Shown one piece after another: positions 1 to 13,965 of a stretch of DNA of 64,000 nt. Source of the DNA: Eledone cirrhosa (taxonomy: Eukaryota); the NCBI GenBank assembly GCA_964016885.1, contig OZ024750.1:40548001-40612000 (forward strand). Direction: 5' to 3'. The notes beneath the pieces are model-generated. The model was given only the letters and a program-made list of their open reading frames with translations, searched no databases and had not been told where the DNA came from. A program made the translations under genes and the position numbers. How positions within the stretch are numbered: position 1 is the stretch's first letter; every line of letters begins with the position of its first letter.

Positions 1-79
1 AGGTTGTACATTAAATATATATGTATGCGTTTATGTGTACGCATTTTTATATGCGTATATGTATCAGTCTGTATGTATC

Positions 80-112
<33 letters not shown>

Positions 113-145
113 CTGTATTAGTGAGTTTACTTTGTAGAGTTATAT

Positions 146-179
<34 letters not shown>

Positions 180-240
180 AACTCTACAACGTAAACTCAC
201 TAATACATATATATATATCTATATATATATATATATATAT

Positions 241-432
241 AACGAAGGAAATGTGGTAAGGAACCAAGTGGACCATAACGCACCAAAGTACTCAATACTT
301 AGGGTAGTAGAGTGGGTAATAGGAACGAGTAGGACCCCGACGGCTGAGCTCAAGTCGTTTCGGCGGCTAATTCTGGACTGAATTAGCCGTCGAATCGGCT
401 TGAGCTCAGCCGTCGGGGTCCTACTCGTTCCT
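241..432. mobile_element. Fold-back Penelope-pLTR-like element in (TA)n
   Basis: Inverted arms ataggaacgagtaggaccccgacggctgagctcaag / reverse complement; homologous copies at 57843-58058, 59817-59952, 28338-28533, 45150-45212 and 55100-55630, all bounded by TA tracts. Confidence 0.7.
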
Positions 433-492
433 ATATATATATATTGTGTGTGTGTGTGTGTGTAAAAGGTAAACAGAAATAACAACACAATC

Positions 493-551
<59 letters not shown>

Positions 552-903
552 CTATATCTTTCTACGTTCATTTGTATCTACTTGTTTTTCTTCGTACCTA
601 CTCACCACCTACCTGGTATTCACCTGTAATATTTCCACTAATTACCGTAGAATCACAAAAGAATCACTCTTTATCACACTATATCATTACTCTACTGGGG
701 TGACTTAGCGTCGGAATCCTGTAACTAAAGCCCCTCACAATCTCTCACTGTCTTTATCTCCCCCACCCCTGTAGCTACCCGGATCTTTCGTGATAAGTGC
801 AACTGTTCGTGTCGGTCACTTTACTTACGCTGATATCTGATATTAATCGTTTGCTATAGGTCCAACTGAAAGTCTTGATATCTTATTACACGAGAGAGAG
901 AGA

Positions 904-998
<95 letters not shown>

Positions 999-1026
999 AT
1001 CAAAAGATGGTTAAAAGAGTTCCATG

Positions 1027-1097
1027 TATTTTATTATGCGCATTTCAAAAACAAATATCATCATGCAATAACATTTGTGTTTTCATCAGATAAAATA
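1027..1097 (-). ncRNA. Minimal type I hammerhead ribozyme
   Basis: Minus strand: TATTTTAT-CTGATGA-long stem II-GAAA-TGCGCA (palindrome)-TA-ATAAAATA; 8-bp stem I. Confidence 0.85.
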
Positions 1098-1622
1098 GAA
1101 AGACATGATATGAAGGTTAAAAAACACTTGTGGATAGTGCAGTTTTAAATCAACATATGAAAAGTAGTTTTAGATTGATGTGTGATATTGGGGAAAACAT
1201 TTTTTTGAGGGGGGGAGGTTGGAAAGAATGAAAAAGAGGAGGAGATGAGAGTAAAAAGTGGAGGGGGAGGAGTATAATGAGGAAGGATGAGATTGGAGGA
1301 GAGATGGGTGATAGAGAGAGAGAGATAGCTTTTATAACTGAGAAAAATATATTGTTTTACATAGAGAGGTTGAAAAACCGTTGGAAGATAACGTATAAGA
1401 TAATCTTATATATTATGTATACTCCAGTCCTACAAATTGTAGAGTGCTTCTTATCCGATATCTGCATTGCTTTATTGTACTACAATAAAACTCACATATA
1501 TATATATATATATAGATACATATATATGTATGTATGTGTATATGTATATATGTGTATATAAACAAGCGAGAGAGAGAGAAAGCATATAGAGAGAACTCAT
1601 ACGCAAATAATAGACATAGAAC

Positions 1623-1653
<31 letters not shown>

Positions 1654-1880
1654 GCGAGTGTGTGTGTGTGTGTGTAGAAAGTAAGATTTTTATATATTCC
1701 ACACAGGTAAAAATATAGGAAAAAGAAGTTTAAAATGCAATTGGGGTCTTTAAGAAGATTAATTAATAACTTTACCGGTTTCACTTAATTTTTGAGAATC
1801 ATACAAACGTGAAACGGGTTAATATGATGTATTAATACATCTTCTTAAAGACTCCAGTTGCATTTTCAATTTATTTTTGC

Positions 1881-1914
<34 letters not shown>

Positions 1915-2598
1915 GTTTAGGTTATTCAGTGGTTTACTGGAGGTGGTACCAATAGTAGCACTCAATGCTAAAGTAGAGTGTATATATTTTGAATAAAATC
2001 AAGAAATTTCTCATGAATGCTTCTATTGAGTAAAACCAGTTGCGAATGTTTCACAGATGATTGGCTCAAGGTCCATAGTTGTGTTATAGACCCGACTCTA
2101 GCAGCAAAGTATTTATCTGACAGAATATTTGAATTATTGTGTACTTGGCTGCCAGGGTACTTGACTCAGTCTACGGCGCTCATTATAACGCAACAATACA
2201 ATCGAGAGATTCATGAGATTTTCTCCAAACTTAGGTAGATTTACTATCTTATGACAAAAGGACTTTACACATATAGACATGTACAACTACACACTCTCAT
2301 GCATACACACACGCACACATACACACATAGAACCACACTCACAGGAAACCACACACATGCACACACACGCACGCATTCGCACACATACACATATAGAACC
2401 ATACTCACATGAAACTACACACATACACACACACACGCACACATACACATATACAACCACACTCACATGAAACCACACACATATACATACAAACACAGCC
2501 ACACACATACATACACACTCGTACACACACACATTTAAACACCCAAACTCGCGAAAAGCCACACACGCACATACAACCACACACACACACACACACAA

Positions 2599-2635
<37 letters not shown>

Positions 2636-3969
2636 GCTACAAAGAGACACACACAAATGAGATTGTTAACAAAAAGAAGTCATAATATGTCGGTGTTAGT
2701 TTGATACGTGAAGAAATTGTCAAGTAGGAGAAGAAAGTCAGTGAAAGAATGTTGCTGTTTTCTGTAGGTTTAATTAAATTGGATTCATTTTAAAGCTACT
2801 TTTAAGCTAATCTCGTTTACAAACAACATCAGGCTAGCCTTAACAAGCTGTTATTGCCATCTACAAATATGGATTAGTATATGTTTACACTTTCTCAAAC
2901 GTCCACTTAACGATACTCGTCAGAAAATCCGGCAAAAAGTTACCATTTGGGGGGGGGGGGGGATTGTTATTGTTTTTTTTTGCCCACCTACACCGATCTA
3001 TAGTGGATGTGATGTATGAATAGAAATAAAATGAATTGAAAATATGGTAAAATATAATTATGACTTACAGTAAGAGAAATTGTATACTAGATATCGACAG
3101 TGGATCGACGTTCGTCAAATCGGACCGAGGAAACAATGTTTCCGTTGGTCTTTCCAATTGCTAATACTATCTATCGGTCGGTCGGTCGCAACTCCAGGTA
3201 AAAGGAGCAACGTGAAATAAAGTGTCTTGTTCAAGGACATAACGACGGATCGCCTGGTCCAAGAATGGAACTCACAACCTCACGATTCCAATGAGTGGTT
3301 AGAGAAGTCAATTCTCTAAGCACTCATTGGAAGCCACGCGCCTTCACACTAGATATGGTTGTGATAAATAACTACTTTAACAATAATTCTAATGTAAACC
3401 ACAGCCATTTTGAAAATAATCAAGAATGTTGAGGTTTTTGTAATATATTCAATTTAATCCAGGGCCTTTTCACTCCTACTGGAAGAACCCCTCCTTGATT
3501 GACCTCCAACGTTTTATGTTTTTGGTTTGGGTCATGTCAGGGGTGTAGCCGTACTCACCACACTTGGCCAATTGTGGGTTGGTGAGGTTATTTAGCCCAT
3601 AGCTGGGTAAACTCATTTCTACAGCTGAGTGAACTGGAGAAACGTGAAATAAAGTGTCTTGCTCAAGAACACAACGCAAAGCCTGGTCCGAGAGTCGAAC
3701 TCACAACCTCTGGATTGTAAGCCCGGCACTCTAACCACTAAGCCATGCGCCTTAACCATGTAATATAACTAACTCATTATTAAGCTGGTGTTTGGAACAT
3801 AACAAATGTTCTTACATAAATGTATGGTGGAGAGTTTTTTAATGAATAGAAACACTTAAAAATAATCAGTTCTTTATCACAGGAAAGCCAGAACATCGTA
3901 AAACATTCTAGACAACCGTCTACCGACTCTGTCAATTGACAACCTTTACCTTCTTCTTCTTCCTCTTCT

Positions 3970-4175
3970 TCTTGAGAAGGTCGTAGGGGGCAGAGTCCTC
4001 AAACACTCCTTCCAGCAGGTCTTGTCAGAAGCAACTGTCTCCAACTGATCCTACTGGATCTCTAAGCGTGACCAGCCAAACTCATGGATGTTATCCAACC
4101 ATCTTGCTCAGGGTCTACCCCTGGATCTCTTACCTATTGGTTTTGCCCATAAAATCTGTCCTGGACATTCTAACC
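3970..4175 (-). mobile_element. RTE-type LINE 3' fragment
   Basis: Translates to ILWAKPIGKRSRGRP-like ORF2 C-terminus; (GAA)n-like tail. Confidence 0.55.
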
Positions 4176-4649
4176 AGACGTCTCCATATTTAGGAACAAT
4201 TATATAGGGCTTAGTGGTTAGAGTATTGGATTCGCAGCTGTGAGGTTGCAAGTTCAATTCCCGGGCTGGGAGATGCATTATGTCCTTGAGCAAGACACTT
4301 TATTTCCTTCTCCCAGAAGTTGCGACCAGTAGTGTTAGCAATGGAAAGACCAATGGAAACTTTATTTCCGATTTGACGAGTCCCCCCACCCACTCGGAAG
4401 GCGATTGAGGTCTGGGATGTCAATCGATTCGATTCAATTCGATATATCATCACTACAGTCAATATAACTTCTGGACAGCTGTTAACAATATAGGATACAA
4501 TATTTTTGTATAAATAATTACAAAGAGATCAGAAATGTTTCATCATCTTTAAAATATAACCCCCCCCCCCCCAAAAAAAAACAGAAAAAAACATGGCCCC
4601 GCGTACATTTTGTGTGTCTGTGTATTCATTTTCTTACCAACCAACCTTA

Positions 4650-5050
4650 AATTTAAGGACATGATAGATACAACATCTGAGAAGACAACAAGATCCCGAT
4701 GGGGGCTCCAGCACCGGATTTTCTGTGTGAAACACTACTACAAGTGTGGCTTGTACCTTGTACAAGCAAGTCCTAGGAGCAATTTCATGCATTTTTGGAA
4801 CGGACAAATCTCTCTTCAAAGTCAATATACAAAACTGGGTTAAGAATTTTGATACTTATGGGAGAGTGGAGAACCTCAATACGATGTCTGGGGACCGTCC
4901 TACTCACTCTGGACGACCCAGGAAGCGTACATAGGAAGTTATTGACATGGTCCGAGAATCTGTTGAAAAGAGTCCAAAACAATTCTTGGGTCTCTACACA
5001 GAACCTTGCAGAAAGGTTGCCCAAGAAGATCTGAAGAGGTACTCCCGACT
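4650..5050 (+). pseudogene. Tc1/mariner-type transposase N-terminal (HTH) fragment, frameshifted
   Basis: HRIFCVKHYYK... then IQNWVKNFDTYGRVENL...SGRPRKRT in different frames. Confidence 0.6.
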
Positions 5051-5271
5051 GAATATTGGCTAAACAATAGCTTACTGTTGCTGATAAGACCAAGAAAAAA
5101 AGCAATAGCCGAGAAAATGCTGAATAAAATGCAAAACAACCCAAATTGTACGTGTATAGCGTATATATATGTGTAGACTGCTTAAATATTCTGAACACTT
5201 GTGAAATATTTTCGGTGTTGTGTTAGGAAATTGATATATATTAACAGTTTCGTTCAAACATGACCCCACCG

Positions 5272-5332
<61 letters not shown>

Positions 5333-5865
5333 CACCACTGCCACTACTACTATTACTACTACTACTACCACCACCACCATCACCCACAACAATAACAACA
5401 ATAACAACACTAACAACACTAACAACAACAACACTAACAACAATAACAACACTAACAGCAACAACAACAACAACACTAACAGCAACAACAACAGCAACAA
5501 TAACAGCAACAATAACAACACTAACAGCAACAATAACAACACTAACAGCAACAACAACAACACTAACAGCAACAACAACAACAATAACAACAACAACAAT
5601 AACAACACTAACAGCAACAATAACAGCAACAACAATAACAGCAACAGCAACAACACTAACAGCAACAATAACAACAGCAACAATAACAGCAACAACAACA
5701 ACAGCCTAACAAAGTAACTATAGACTTAGTCAATATGGAGGTAATTGGAAAATATATAAACATCCTTCTCCAACTTGAAACAGTTTGAAGGGTTTTCTTT
5801 CACGTTTTCAGAAGACAAGTATTAAAGAGGCTAGCCTCCGCCCCCTCTCTCTCCCCCTGTATCTT

Positions 5866-5925
<60 letters not shown>

Positions 5926-6015
5926 ACTCTCTTTCTTTCTCTATCGTTCACTTGCTCTCTGTTTCTCTCTCCCTCTGTATGTCTGTCTGTTTCTCTCTCT
6001 CTCCTTCTGTCTGTC

Positions 6016-6061
<46 letters not shown>

Positions 6062-6166
6062 ACTCTCTCTCTCTCTCTCTCTCCCTGTAAGTCTCTCTCT
6101 CTCTCTCCATCTGTCTCTCCCTTTCTCTCTTAGTACCACCACCATTACTAATTGTATAACTAGTAA

Positions 6167-6358
6167 TAATTGTTTCTACTTTTGGCGCAAGACCAGCAAT
6201 TATATCAGTGCATTACTGGTACTTTATTTTATCGACCCCGTAAGGATGAAAGGCAAAGTTAACCTCGGCGGGATTTGAACTCAGACCGTAAAGGTGCGTA
6301 ACTCTATGCTGGAAAGTATGGCGTCCGACCCTCTACCGATACTGCCAATTCACCGCCC
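6167..6358 (-). mobile_element. tRNA-derived SINE, family A (core GCCTTTCATCCTTACGGGGTCGATAAAATAAAGTACC)
   Basis: Minus strand head with A box TGGCAGTATCGG and B box GAGTTCAAATCC; more than 15 copies (e.g. 14510-14699, 18122-18314, 33794-33975, 40930-41100, 41314-41527, 53008-53160, 54240-54370, 63621-63808). The core resembles the Meta/MESC-type SINE domain (from memory, not searched). Confidence 0.85.
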
Positions 6359-6360
6359 TA

Positions 6361-6800
6361 GTGGAGACTTCTGGTGTCCTCGGCCCTAGGGCTACCTCCC
6401 TACTCACCACCATAGGTGCTGAGCTGGGTACCAATACCGGTGGAGACTTCTGGTGTCCTCGGCCCTAGGGCTACCTCCCTACTCACCACCATAGGCACTG
6501 AGCTGGGTACCCATAGCAGTGGAGACTTCTGGTGTCCTCGGCCCTAGGGCTACCTCCCTACTCACCACCATAGGCGCTGAGCTGGGTACCCATAGCAGTG
6601 GAGACTTCTGGTGTCCTCGGCCCTAGGGCTACCTCCCTACTCACCACCATAGGCGCTGAGCTGGCCAGCCACAGGTGTGAACCCCGCGAATTGGAGTGGC
6701 TTTTCCAGCGCGTCTCCCTTGCCGTCCTCCGTGGGAACGCCTTCTCCATCCTGTCCGCCGGGGCTGTGGGTGGGCCCCATCGCGTAACATTCCATATTTA
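6361..6800 (+). mobile_element. C-terminus of a CRE-like (restriction-like endonuclease) non-LTR retrotransposon, with a 79-bp x4 tandem expansion
   Basis: ETSGVLGP...EPRELEWLFQRVSLAVLRGNA motif; units start at 6361, 6440, 6519 and 6598; related piece at 50364-50460 (-). Confidence 0.7.
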
Positions 6801-7017
6801 GGTATCTTTTTGACGTTTATAGGCATTTTTATGGACCTTTAAAGATTGTGTTAGTTACTATGGCAATATCTATCTATCTTTCACACACTGTGTCTCCCAT
6901 AAGTCTATATATTAATTAGAATTTTCTCATTTATTGGCCACAATATGTTATATCGAAGGTAATGCATTAAATTTATCTTAATCACTAATCGAAGGTTTTC
7001 GTCTACTAACACACACA

Positions 7018-7085
<68 letters not shown>

Positions 7086-7580
7086 CTCTCTCTCTCTCTC
7101 CCTTTCACTCTCTCTCCCACATACACAATCCTCTCTAATAGTTCATTAAATCGAAGGTTTTCCGTCTATTAACACACACACACACACACACATACACACT
7201 CTCTCTTTCCTTCTCACATACACGCACCTCTCTAATAATTGGTTAAATCGAAAGTTTTCCGTAATGTGTTGCTTGGTCCGACAGATGAATGAAAGACTAT
7301 AAGTGGAGGTATGTGGGAGAGGGGGGAGATGATGGTAGGGGAGGGGGAGATGGTGGAGGGAATGTGGTGGGTGGTGGTGGTGGGAGGAGATGGTGGAGGG
7401 AAGGTGGTGGTGGGGAGAGATGGTGGGGGAGGGCGAAGATGGTGGTGGTGGTGGGGAAGATGGTGGAAGGAGGGGTAACATGAGAGGTTGAGGGGATGGA
7501 GGACCTGACTACAATTATGAGATGAAAGTAAAAACACGACTGAGATGAAATGATTAGATATAATAAGGGTGAAATGGTAA

Positions 7581-7662
<82 letters not shown>

Positions 7663-8081
7663 TGGTGAAAAAAATGAGATGTTTACATAGAATGGGCGAC
7701 CTAATTGTAAACAAGGATCATTTTAGTCTTCACTTTATATAGATCGTCTGCCTGTTTGTTATGGATTCAGCATTTAACCATTTAATCATGTCATGGAAAC
7801 CTCTCTTGGTCATTTACAGCCTGTCGTCTGTTACAAACAAAACCATTTGGGCCTTCACAGAATGTCGTCTGTTACAAACAAAATTACCTTTAGTTCCACC
7901 GTTGTAAAGCCCCTTTCATTTCGTTTGTTTGCTTGAGGCAAACGAGACTAAATGACCGAGAATTAAAATACGAATTCCCTCTTTTTTTTTCCATTAACCT
8001 ATTACCTGAACTTTTTACTTCTTTTTCTTCCTTTTTTTCTATCTTTCATCGTTTATATATATATATATTTATATATATATA

Positions 8082-8124
<43 letters not shown>

Positions 8125-8388
8125 GAGTTAAACAAGTTTCAATGAGTACATCAAAGACTGAGTTTTACAGTAGATTGGAAGCACTCTACGGAAATAATTT
8201 TCCAGAGTTATTAATATTAAAATACAAATATTAATAAATTTGATTAAATCTTAACCATTTAACATCTCAGGGTATGCCATGTATCATTATATTTTGTCTG
8301 ATGAGGACGTACTGTTGTACCTCCGAAATGTGTATAATAAAATGTAATTGATCAAAAGAACATCTATTTTATTAATATTTGTATTTTA

Positions 8389-8392
<4 letters not shown>
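8125..8392. mobile_element. pLTR-like element: inverted tail plus hammerhead unit, TA-flanked
   Basis: Internal inverted repeat (atattaaaatacaaatattaataaa / reverse complement); homologous copy at about 43530-43820. Confidence 0.65.
8291..8343 (+). ncRNA. Minimal type I hammerhead ribozyme
   Basis: ATTTTGT-CTGATGA-GGAcGTAC tgtt GTACcTCC-GAAA-TGTGTA-TA-ATAAAAT. Confidence 0.8.
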
Positions 8393-8435
<43 letters not shown>

Positions 8436-8440
8436 CATAC

Positions 8441-8925
8441 ATGAGGGTCTGCTGAAAAATTCATAGGCTGACGAAGATACTCTCATGGAATGTGACCAAA
8501 TGAGGTTTATTTTTCAACATAGTCCCCTTTGCAGTCCACACACTTCTTCCATGTGGTTACAGTGCTGGGAACCCACTGGTGAAAAAGATTTCATCCTGAT
8601 GGTAAAAAAAAAAAGTCATCAACAGCAGATATGACGTCATCATCACTGCGATACTGGTTCCCTGCCAAGTGTTGTTGTTTTTAATGTTGGGGAACAGATG
8701 GGGCCAAATCAGGAGAATAGGGAGGTTGTTCAACCAGTTCAAAGCCACAGTCACATACAGCAACCATTGAAGCCAAGGACTTGTTTGCTGGAGCATTGTC
8801 TTGCTGAAACAAGACTCCTTTCATCAGTTTTCCTGGGCGTTTGGTCTTGAAAGCCTTTCGTAAGCTGGCATAGTTCTCTCCATTGATGGTGTGGCCATTT
8901 TGAAGATAATCAATAAACACAATGC
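8441..8925 (-). pseudogene. Mariner transposase 3' fragment
   Basis: KRPGKLMKGVLFQQDNAPA...PPYSPDLAPS (mariner YSPDLAP motif); TIR-like tgagggtctgctgaaaa at about 8442. Confidence 0.85.
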
Positions 8926-9119
8926 CTGACTCTCTCTGGAGTTACGGGATCTTCAATATGTGGATTGGTATCATAATATAATAAAGTAAAGAGTGCGGGA
9001 CTGTGTCCTCAATATATTTTTTTTTATCCCGTTAGTAAAATAAGTTGGATTACTTTGAATAAATAATGAATGAATATTACATAATTTTTGTACTAAATTT
9101 CGTAGTTGTTGATTAATAA

Positions 9120-9365
9120 GTGTCGGGAACTTGCTTCCATTGTGGAGGAGGACAGTCTTCAAACTTGTGGTGGAGCTGTCTATAAATAGCCGCCACTCCT
9201 TGGGCACAAACGGCACCCCAATAACGTCAAACAGTCCAGGCACGTCATGGCAGAAGCAGAGGCCATCCCTAAGAGTATAAAAGCCTGAGAAAGGTTCGTG
9301 TCGACTTCTCTGACTTGTCACCTGCACTTCCTCCTTGACCAAGTTCCACTGCCTCATCCTGGAGA
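9120..9365 (-). pseudogene. DNA transposase fragment (superfamily not assigned)
   Basis: EWRLFIDSS..SLKTVLLHNG..P motif, which is widespread in invertebrate transposases. Confidence 0.6.
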
Positions 9366-10124
9366 CGAATGCTTAAAACACAACTTACCCTTTATTCAGG
9401 GTGCGAAAATCCAGTATCAATAAATCTCTTTAATCCACTTTTTAACAATTTTATATTTTATTGCACTTTTATAATTTTCTTTAGGCATTACTCTTTATTT
9501 TATAATTTTAATTAATCTGAAACATATATTAAAAAAATCATTTAACATAAGCAAATTAAATTTACATACAACGTAAAATCCAGCATACAAATAATTCTAG
9601 TGAATAGCTTAGAATTTTTACAAACCCAAACTTTTAACTGTTTAATAGCACTTTATTTTATTTATTTGGGACCTAAGCAACACAAAAAAAAGTGATTACA
9701 AGCCAGGAACAGAGAAAGAAAATGTTTTTGTTACACGGTGTAATAGGAGAAACACTATGGATATGTCTAGTGCTGATAAACTCTACTCTTCACCCTCAAT
9801 TAATTAGTCATGTGATCATTTCATTGTCAACTGTTAATTACAGATAATTATTAATTATTGACGCAGCTGTGTTATTAATATAAACATCCGGTTGGCTTAA
9901 GAAACAATGGGAAAAGTTGAAATTTGAAATGTAGTTGTTCCAACGTAAAGAAGTATAACAATAGTCGATCGCTATAAATAACAGTTGAGAAAATCGGGTA
10001 ATGTCCCCCTTGCTGGCGGGAAAATGAGGTAAAATATATTGGAACATTTAAAGTTCGATATAAACAATCACTGACAGTATTCAGTAGTTGATATTGATCA
10101 GGTAACAATTATCAGATATCAATT

Positions 10125-10613
10125 GTCAACAATTGACAGTGTACAGTATGTTGACGGTGTACAGTCTATTGACAGTGTACAGTCTATTGACAGTGTACAG
10201 TATGTTGACGGTGTACAGTCTATTGACGGTGTACAGTCTATTGACAGTGTACACTCAACTGACAGTGTACAGTATGTTGACAGTGCACAGTCAATTGACA
10301 GTGTACAGTATGTTGACGGTGTACAGTCTATTGACAGTGTACACTCAACTGACAGTGCACAGTCAATTGACAGCGTACACTTAACTGACAATGTACAGTC
10401 AACTGACAGTGTACAGTCAACTGACAGTGTACAGTCTATTGACAGTGTACAGTCAATTGACAGTGTACACTCAACTGACAGTGCACAGTCAATTGACAGC
10501 GTACACTCAACTTACAATGTACACTCAATTGACAGTGTACACTCAACTGACAGTGTACAGTATGTTGACAGTGTACAGTCTATTGACAGTGTACAGTCAA
10601 TTGACAGTGTACA
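10125..10613. repeat. 18-bp minisatellite (ttgacagtgtacagtcta)
   Basis: About 27 degenerate, quasi-palindromic units. Confidence 0.9.
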
Positions 10614-11862
10614 GACATCCTGCACGAGGAAAAACAAAACCCGTCAAAGGTTGGAGGAACTCAATGGGTGTCAACGATCATCCAACAGTATATATAGTTG
10701 TACCTTGTGGTGATTGATCCAGAGTTGTTATATTGGCGGGAGTCCAACTTCTGGTAAGTCCTACTTTATTGCTGTTGTTGTTATTGTTGTCGCTGCTGCT
10801 GCTGCTGATGGTGATGATGGTGACGTTGGTGGCGTTGTTGTTGGTATTGGTGTTGATCTTGTCATTGTTGTTATCCTTGTTGCTGATGTTGTATTTGTTG
10901 TTGTTGATGTCATTGCTGATGTTGATATTGTTGTTGTTGATATGTTTTTTGCTGCTGCTGTTGTTGTTGTTATTGTTGATGTTGTTTTTGGTGTTGTTGT
11001 TATTGTTGATGTTTTTGCTGTTGTTGTCGTTGTTTTTGCTGTTATTGTTTTTGTTGTTGTTGTTTTTGTTGTTGTTGTTGTTTTTGATGTTGTTGTTGTT
11101 TTTGCTGTTGTTGTTGTTTTTGTTGTTGTTTTTGATGTTGTTGTTGCTGTTGTTGTTGTTTTTGTTGAAGTTGCTGCTGTTTTGTTGTTGTTGTTTTTGC
11201 TGTTGTTGTTGTTTTTGCTGCTGTTGCTATTGTTGTTGTTGTTGTCGATGTTGTTGTTGCTTTATTCCACAGTTCAGTGAACAACTGTCTCCCACCATTG
11301 CCAAGGTTCTGTAACTCGGCACTTAGATAATATTGTTTCACTTGATTCCCCCTAATCTTCCGTGTATTTGTGTATGTGCGTGTGAGTGTGTGTGAGTGTG
11401 TGCATGTGTGTGTGAGTGTGTGACTGTGTGTGACAATGTGCGGGCATCTGTATGTGTGTGACTGTTGTGAATGTGTGTATGAGTGCATGTGTGAGTGCAT
11501 GTTTGTGTGAATGTATGGGTATGTGTTCATGTTTGTGTGCGTCAGTGTGAATGCACGCATGTGTGTGTGTGAATGTGTAGGTATGTGCGTGTGTAGGTAT
11601 GGTAGTGTGTATACATGTGTGCGTCAGTGCGCGCGCGCGTGAGTGTGTGTATGTATGTATGTGTGCCTCAGTGCGCATATGTGTGTATGTTGTAAAAGTG
11701 ATGTTGACTCGTACAGGTCAGCATCGCGACTTCTGTCCACCCCGGATCAGGCACACTTTAAGCCCTGGGTGGGACGGTGGTGGGGACGGTGGTGGGGACA
11801 GTGAGGTAATCTGAGAGGTCTCCCCCACCCACCCCACACCTTACCTGGAAGCAGGTGATAAT

Positions 11863-12079
11863 TGTTTCTTATATAGGCACAAGGCCAGCAATTTTTGCGG
11901 GGAGGGGAAAGTCGATTAAATCGACCCCAGTGCGTGACTGGTACTTTATTTTATCGACCCCGTAAGGATGAAAGGCAAAGTTAACCTCGGCGAGATTTGA
12001 ACTCAGATCATAAAAGGCCGTAACTCTATGCTGCAAAGCATGGCGTCCGGCCCTCTACCGATACTGCCAACCCACCGCC
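11863..12079 (-). mobile_element. Family A SINE with target-site duplication
   Basis: Flanked by ctggaagcaggt(g/a)ataat at about 11845 and 12080. Confidence 0.85.
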
Positions 12080-13425
12080 CTGGAAGCAGGTAATAATCAC
12101 AGGTTTAGCAAGCTATTAGAGGAGGTTAATTAGTTCTTAGTTAGATCTTTAGACCACTTTATGTCGTTCTGACTCGCTCTGTTAACTAAAACTGGTGATT
12201 ATTGTTATACTTGACTGATTCTTAACGTTAACGTAGGTTGGGGTGGTGGTTGTAGTTGTGGTGGTTGTGGGGGTGGTTGTGGTGGTGGTTGTGGTGGTCG
12301 TGGTGGTGGTGGTTGTGGTGGCGGTTGTGGTGGTGGTTGTGGTGATGGGTGGTGGTGGTGGTGGTGGTTGTGGTGGTGGTGGTGGTGGTGGTGGTGGTGG
12401 TGGTGGTGGTGGTTGTGGTGGCGGTGGATATGGTGGTTGTGGTGGGTGTGGTGGTGGTTGTAGTAGTGGTGGCGGTTGTGGTGGTGGTTGTAGTTGTTGT
12501 TGATGGTTGTGGTGGTGGGTGTGGTGGGTGTGGTGGTTGTGGTGGTTCTAGTTGTGGTGGTGGGTGTGGTGGTTGTGGTAGTGGTGAGGATTGCAGCATC
12601 TTCACAGACCATTTCCGTCTCTTGTTGATTCTTCATTGGCATCCCTTCCACGTCCATGACTTCGTAGGTAACTTTGTAGGCCAGCTGTAGATCTGCATGG
12701 TTTACAACACAGGTGACAGAAGAGAGTTGTGCTTTCCACAGGACCGGTGGTGTCACCCTGTAAAACACAATCTTTATGTAAACACCATGTATTTATTTTA
12801 GTCCGGAACTAGTTCTACACACTTTGTTGCCCATCACGCACGTTGTTTCGCCAGGTCTTTGTTGAGTGGTGTTACAGGTGGTTACCCTTTCATGTGACTT
12901 CAGGTGATTAACATGACCAGACTTTGAGAGGAGTACACACTGACAGGACTTGTATGTCCAACTACTGAAGAATTCATCAAGACTGTGAGCACAGCCCTTC
13001 CGGAGCTGACACTTCAGTTGTTTATGTTCTAGATCAGCCATGTCAAACTGAGGGTCACCCCGAGGGCCACATGTGTCACATATGTGGTGTCTGAGGGCCA
13101 CACATGACAACTAATTTTTTCCATTTTATACTACGAAGATAAAACATGCTCGCGCTGTAAAAACCTTTGCGCGGGCCGCATGTTTAACATGCCTCTTCTA
13201 GATGACATTCTTTAAAAGTTTTGCAACTGCTCTTTATGCGTTTTCATAAATACATTCATAAATACATACATAAATACATACATACATACACATTAGCCCA
13301 GTGCCGACTTAGCCCTCAGCACCAACAACAACATTATACTGAAGAATATAATCAGATATGTAATGTCGTTATTTCAGAGACGAATTTGTGGAATGGAATT
13401 TTGTAAAAAAGAGAATGGAAGAGAC

Positions 13426-13965
13426 TGAGGTATTAGACCTGTCTTTAGAGGTCTTACAATTATCTCCTCTCTAATGAGACCAGATGGAGGTATTAGACCT
13501 GTCTTTAGAGGTCTTACAATACTCTCCTCTCTAATGAGACCAGGTGGAGGTATTAGACCTGTCTTTAGAGGTCTTACAATACTCTCCTCTCTAATGAGAC
13601 CAGATGGAGGTATTAGACCTGTCTTTAGAGGTCTTACAATACTCTCCTCTCTAATGAGACCAGGTGGAGGTATTAGACCTGTCTTTAGAGGTCTTACAAT
13701 ACTCTCCTCTCTAATGAGACCAGATGGAGGTATTAGACCTGTCTTTAGAGGTCTTACAATACTCTCCTCTCTAATGAGACCAGATGGAGGTATTAGACCT
13801 GTCTTTAGAGGTCTTACAATACTCTCCTCTATAATGAGACCAGATGGAGGTATTAGACCTGTCTTTAGAGGTCTTACAATACTCTCCTCTCTAATGAGAC
13901 CAGATGGAGGTATTAGACTTGTCTTTGGAAGTCTTACAATACTCTCCTCTATAATGAGACCAGAC
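13426..13965. repeat. 60-bp minisatellite x9
   Basis: Consecutive 60-nt lines are nearly identical. Confidence 0.95.

Noticed and set aside
219-2660. [12 protein letters not shown] ORFs here and throughout the window
   Set aside because: They are translations of (TA)n, (CA)n and (CT)n microsatellites, with no splice signals or domains.
5260-5709. Poly-Thr/Leu ORFs (also 45889-46317)
   Set aside because: Degenerate (ACA/CTA)n trinucleotide tracts with no non-repetitive coding flank.
10119-10717. Repetitive ORFs (DSVQSI)n
   Set aside because: An 18-bp minisatellite open in several frames on both strands.
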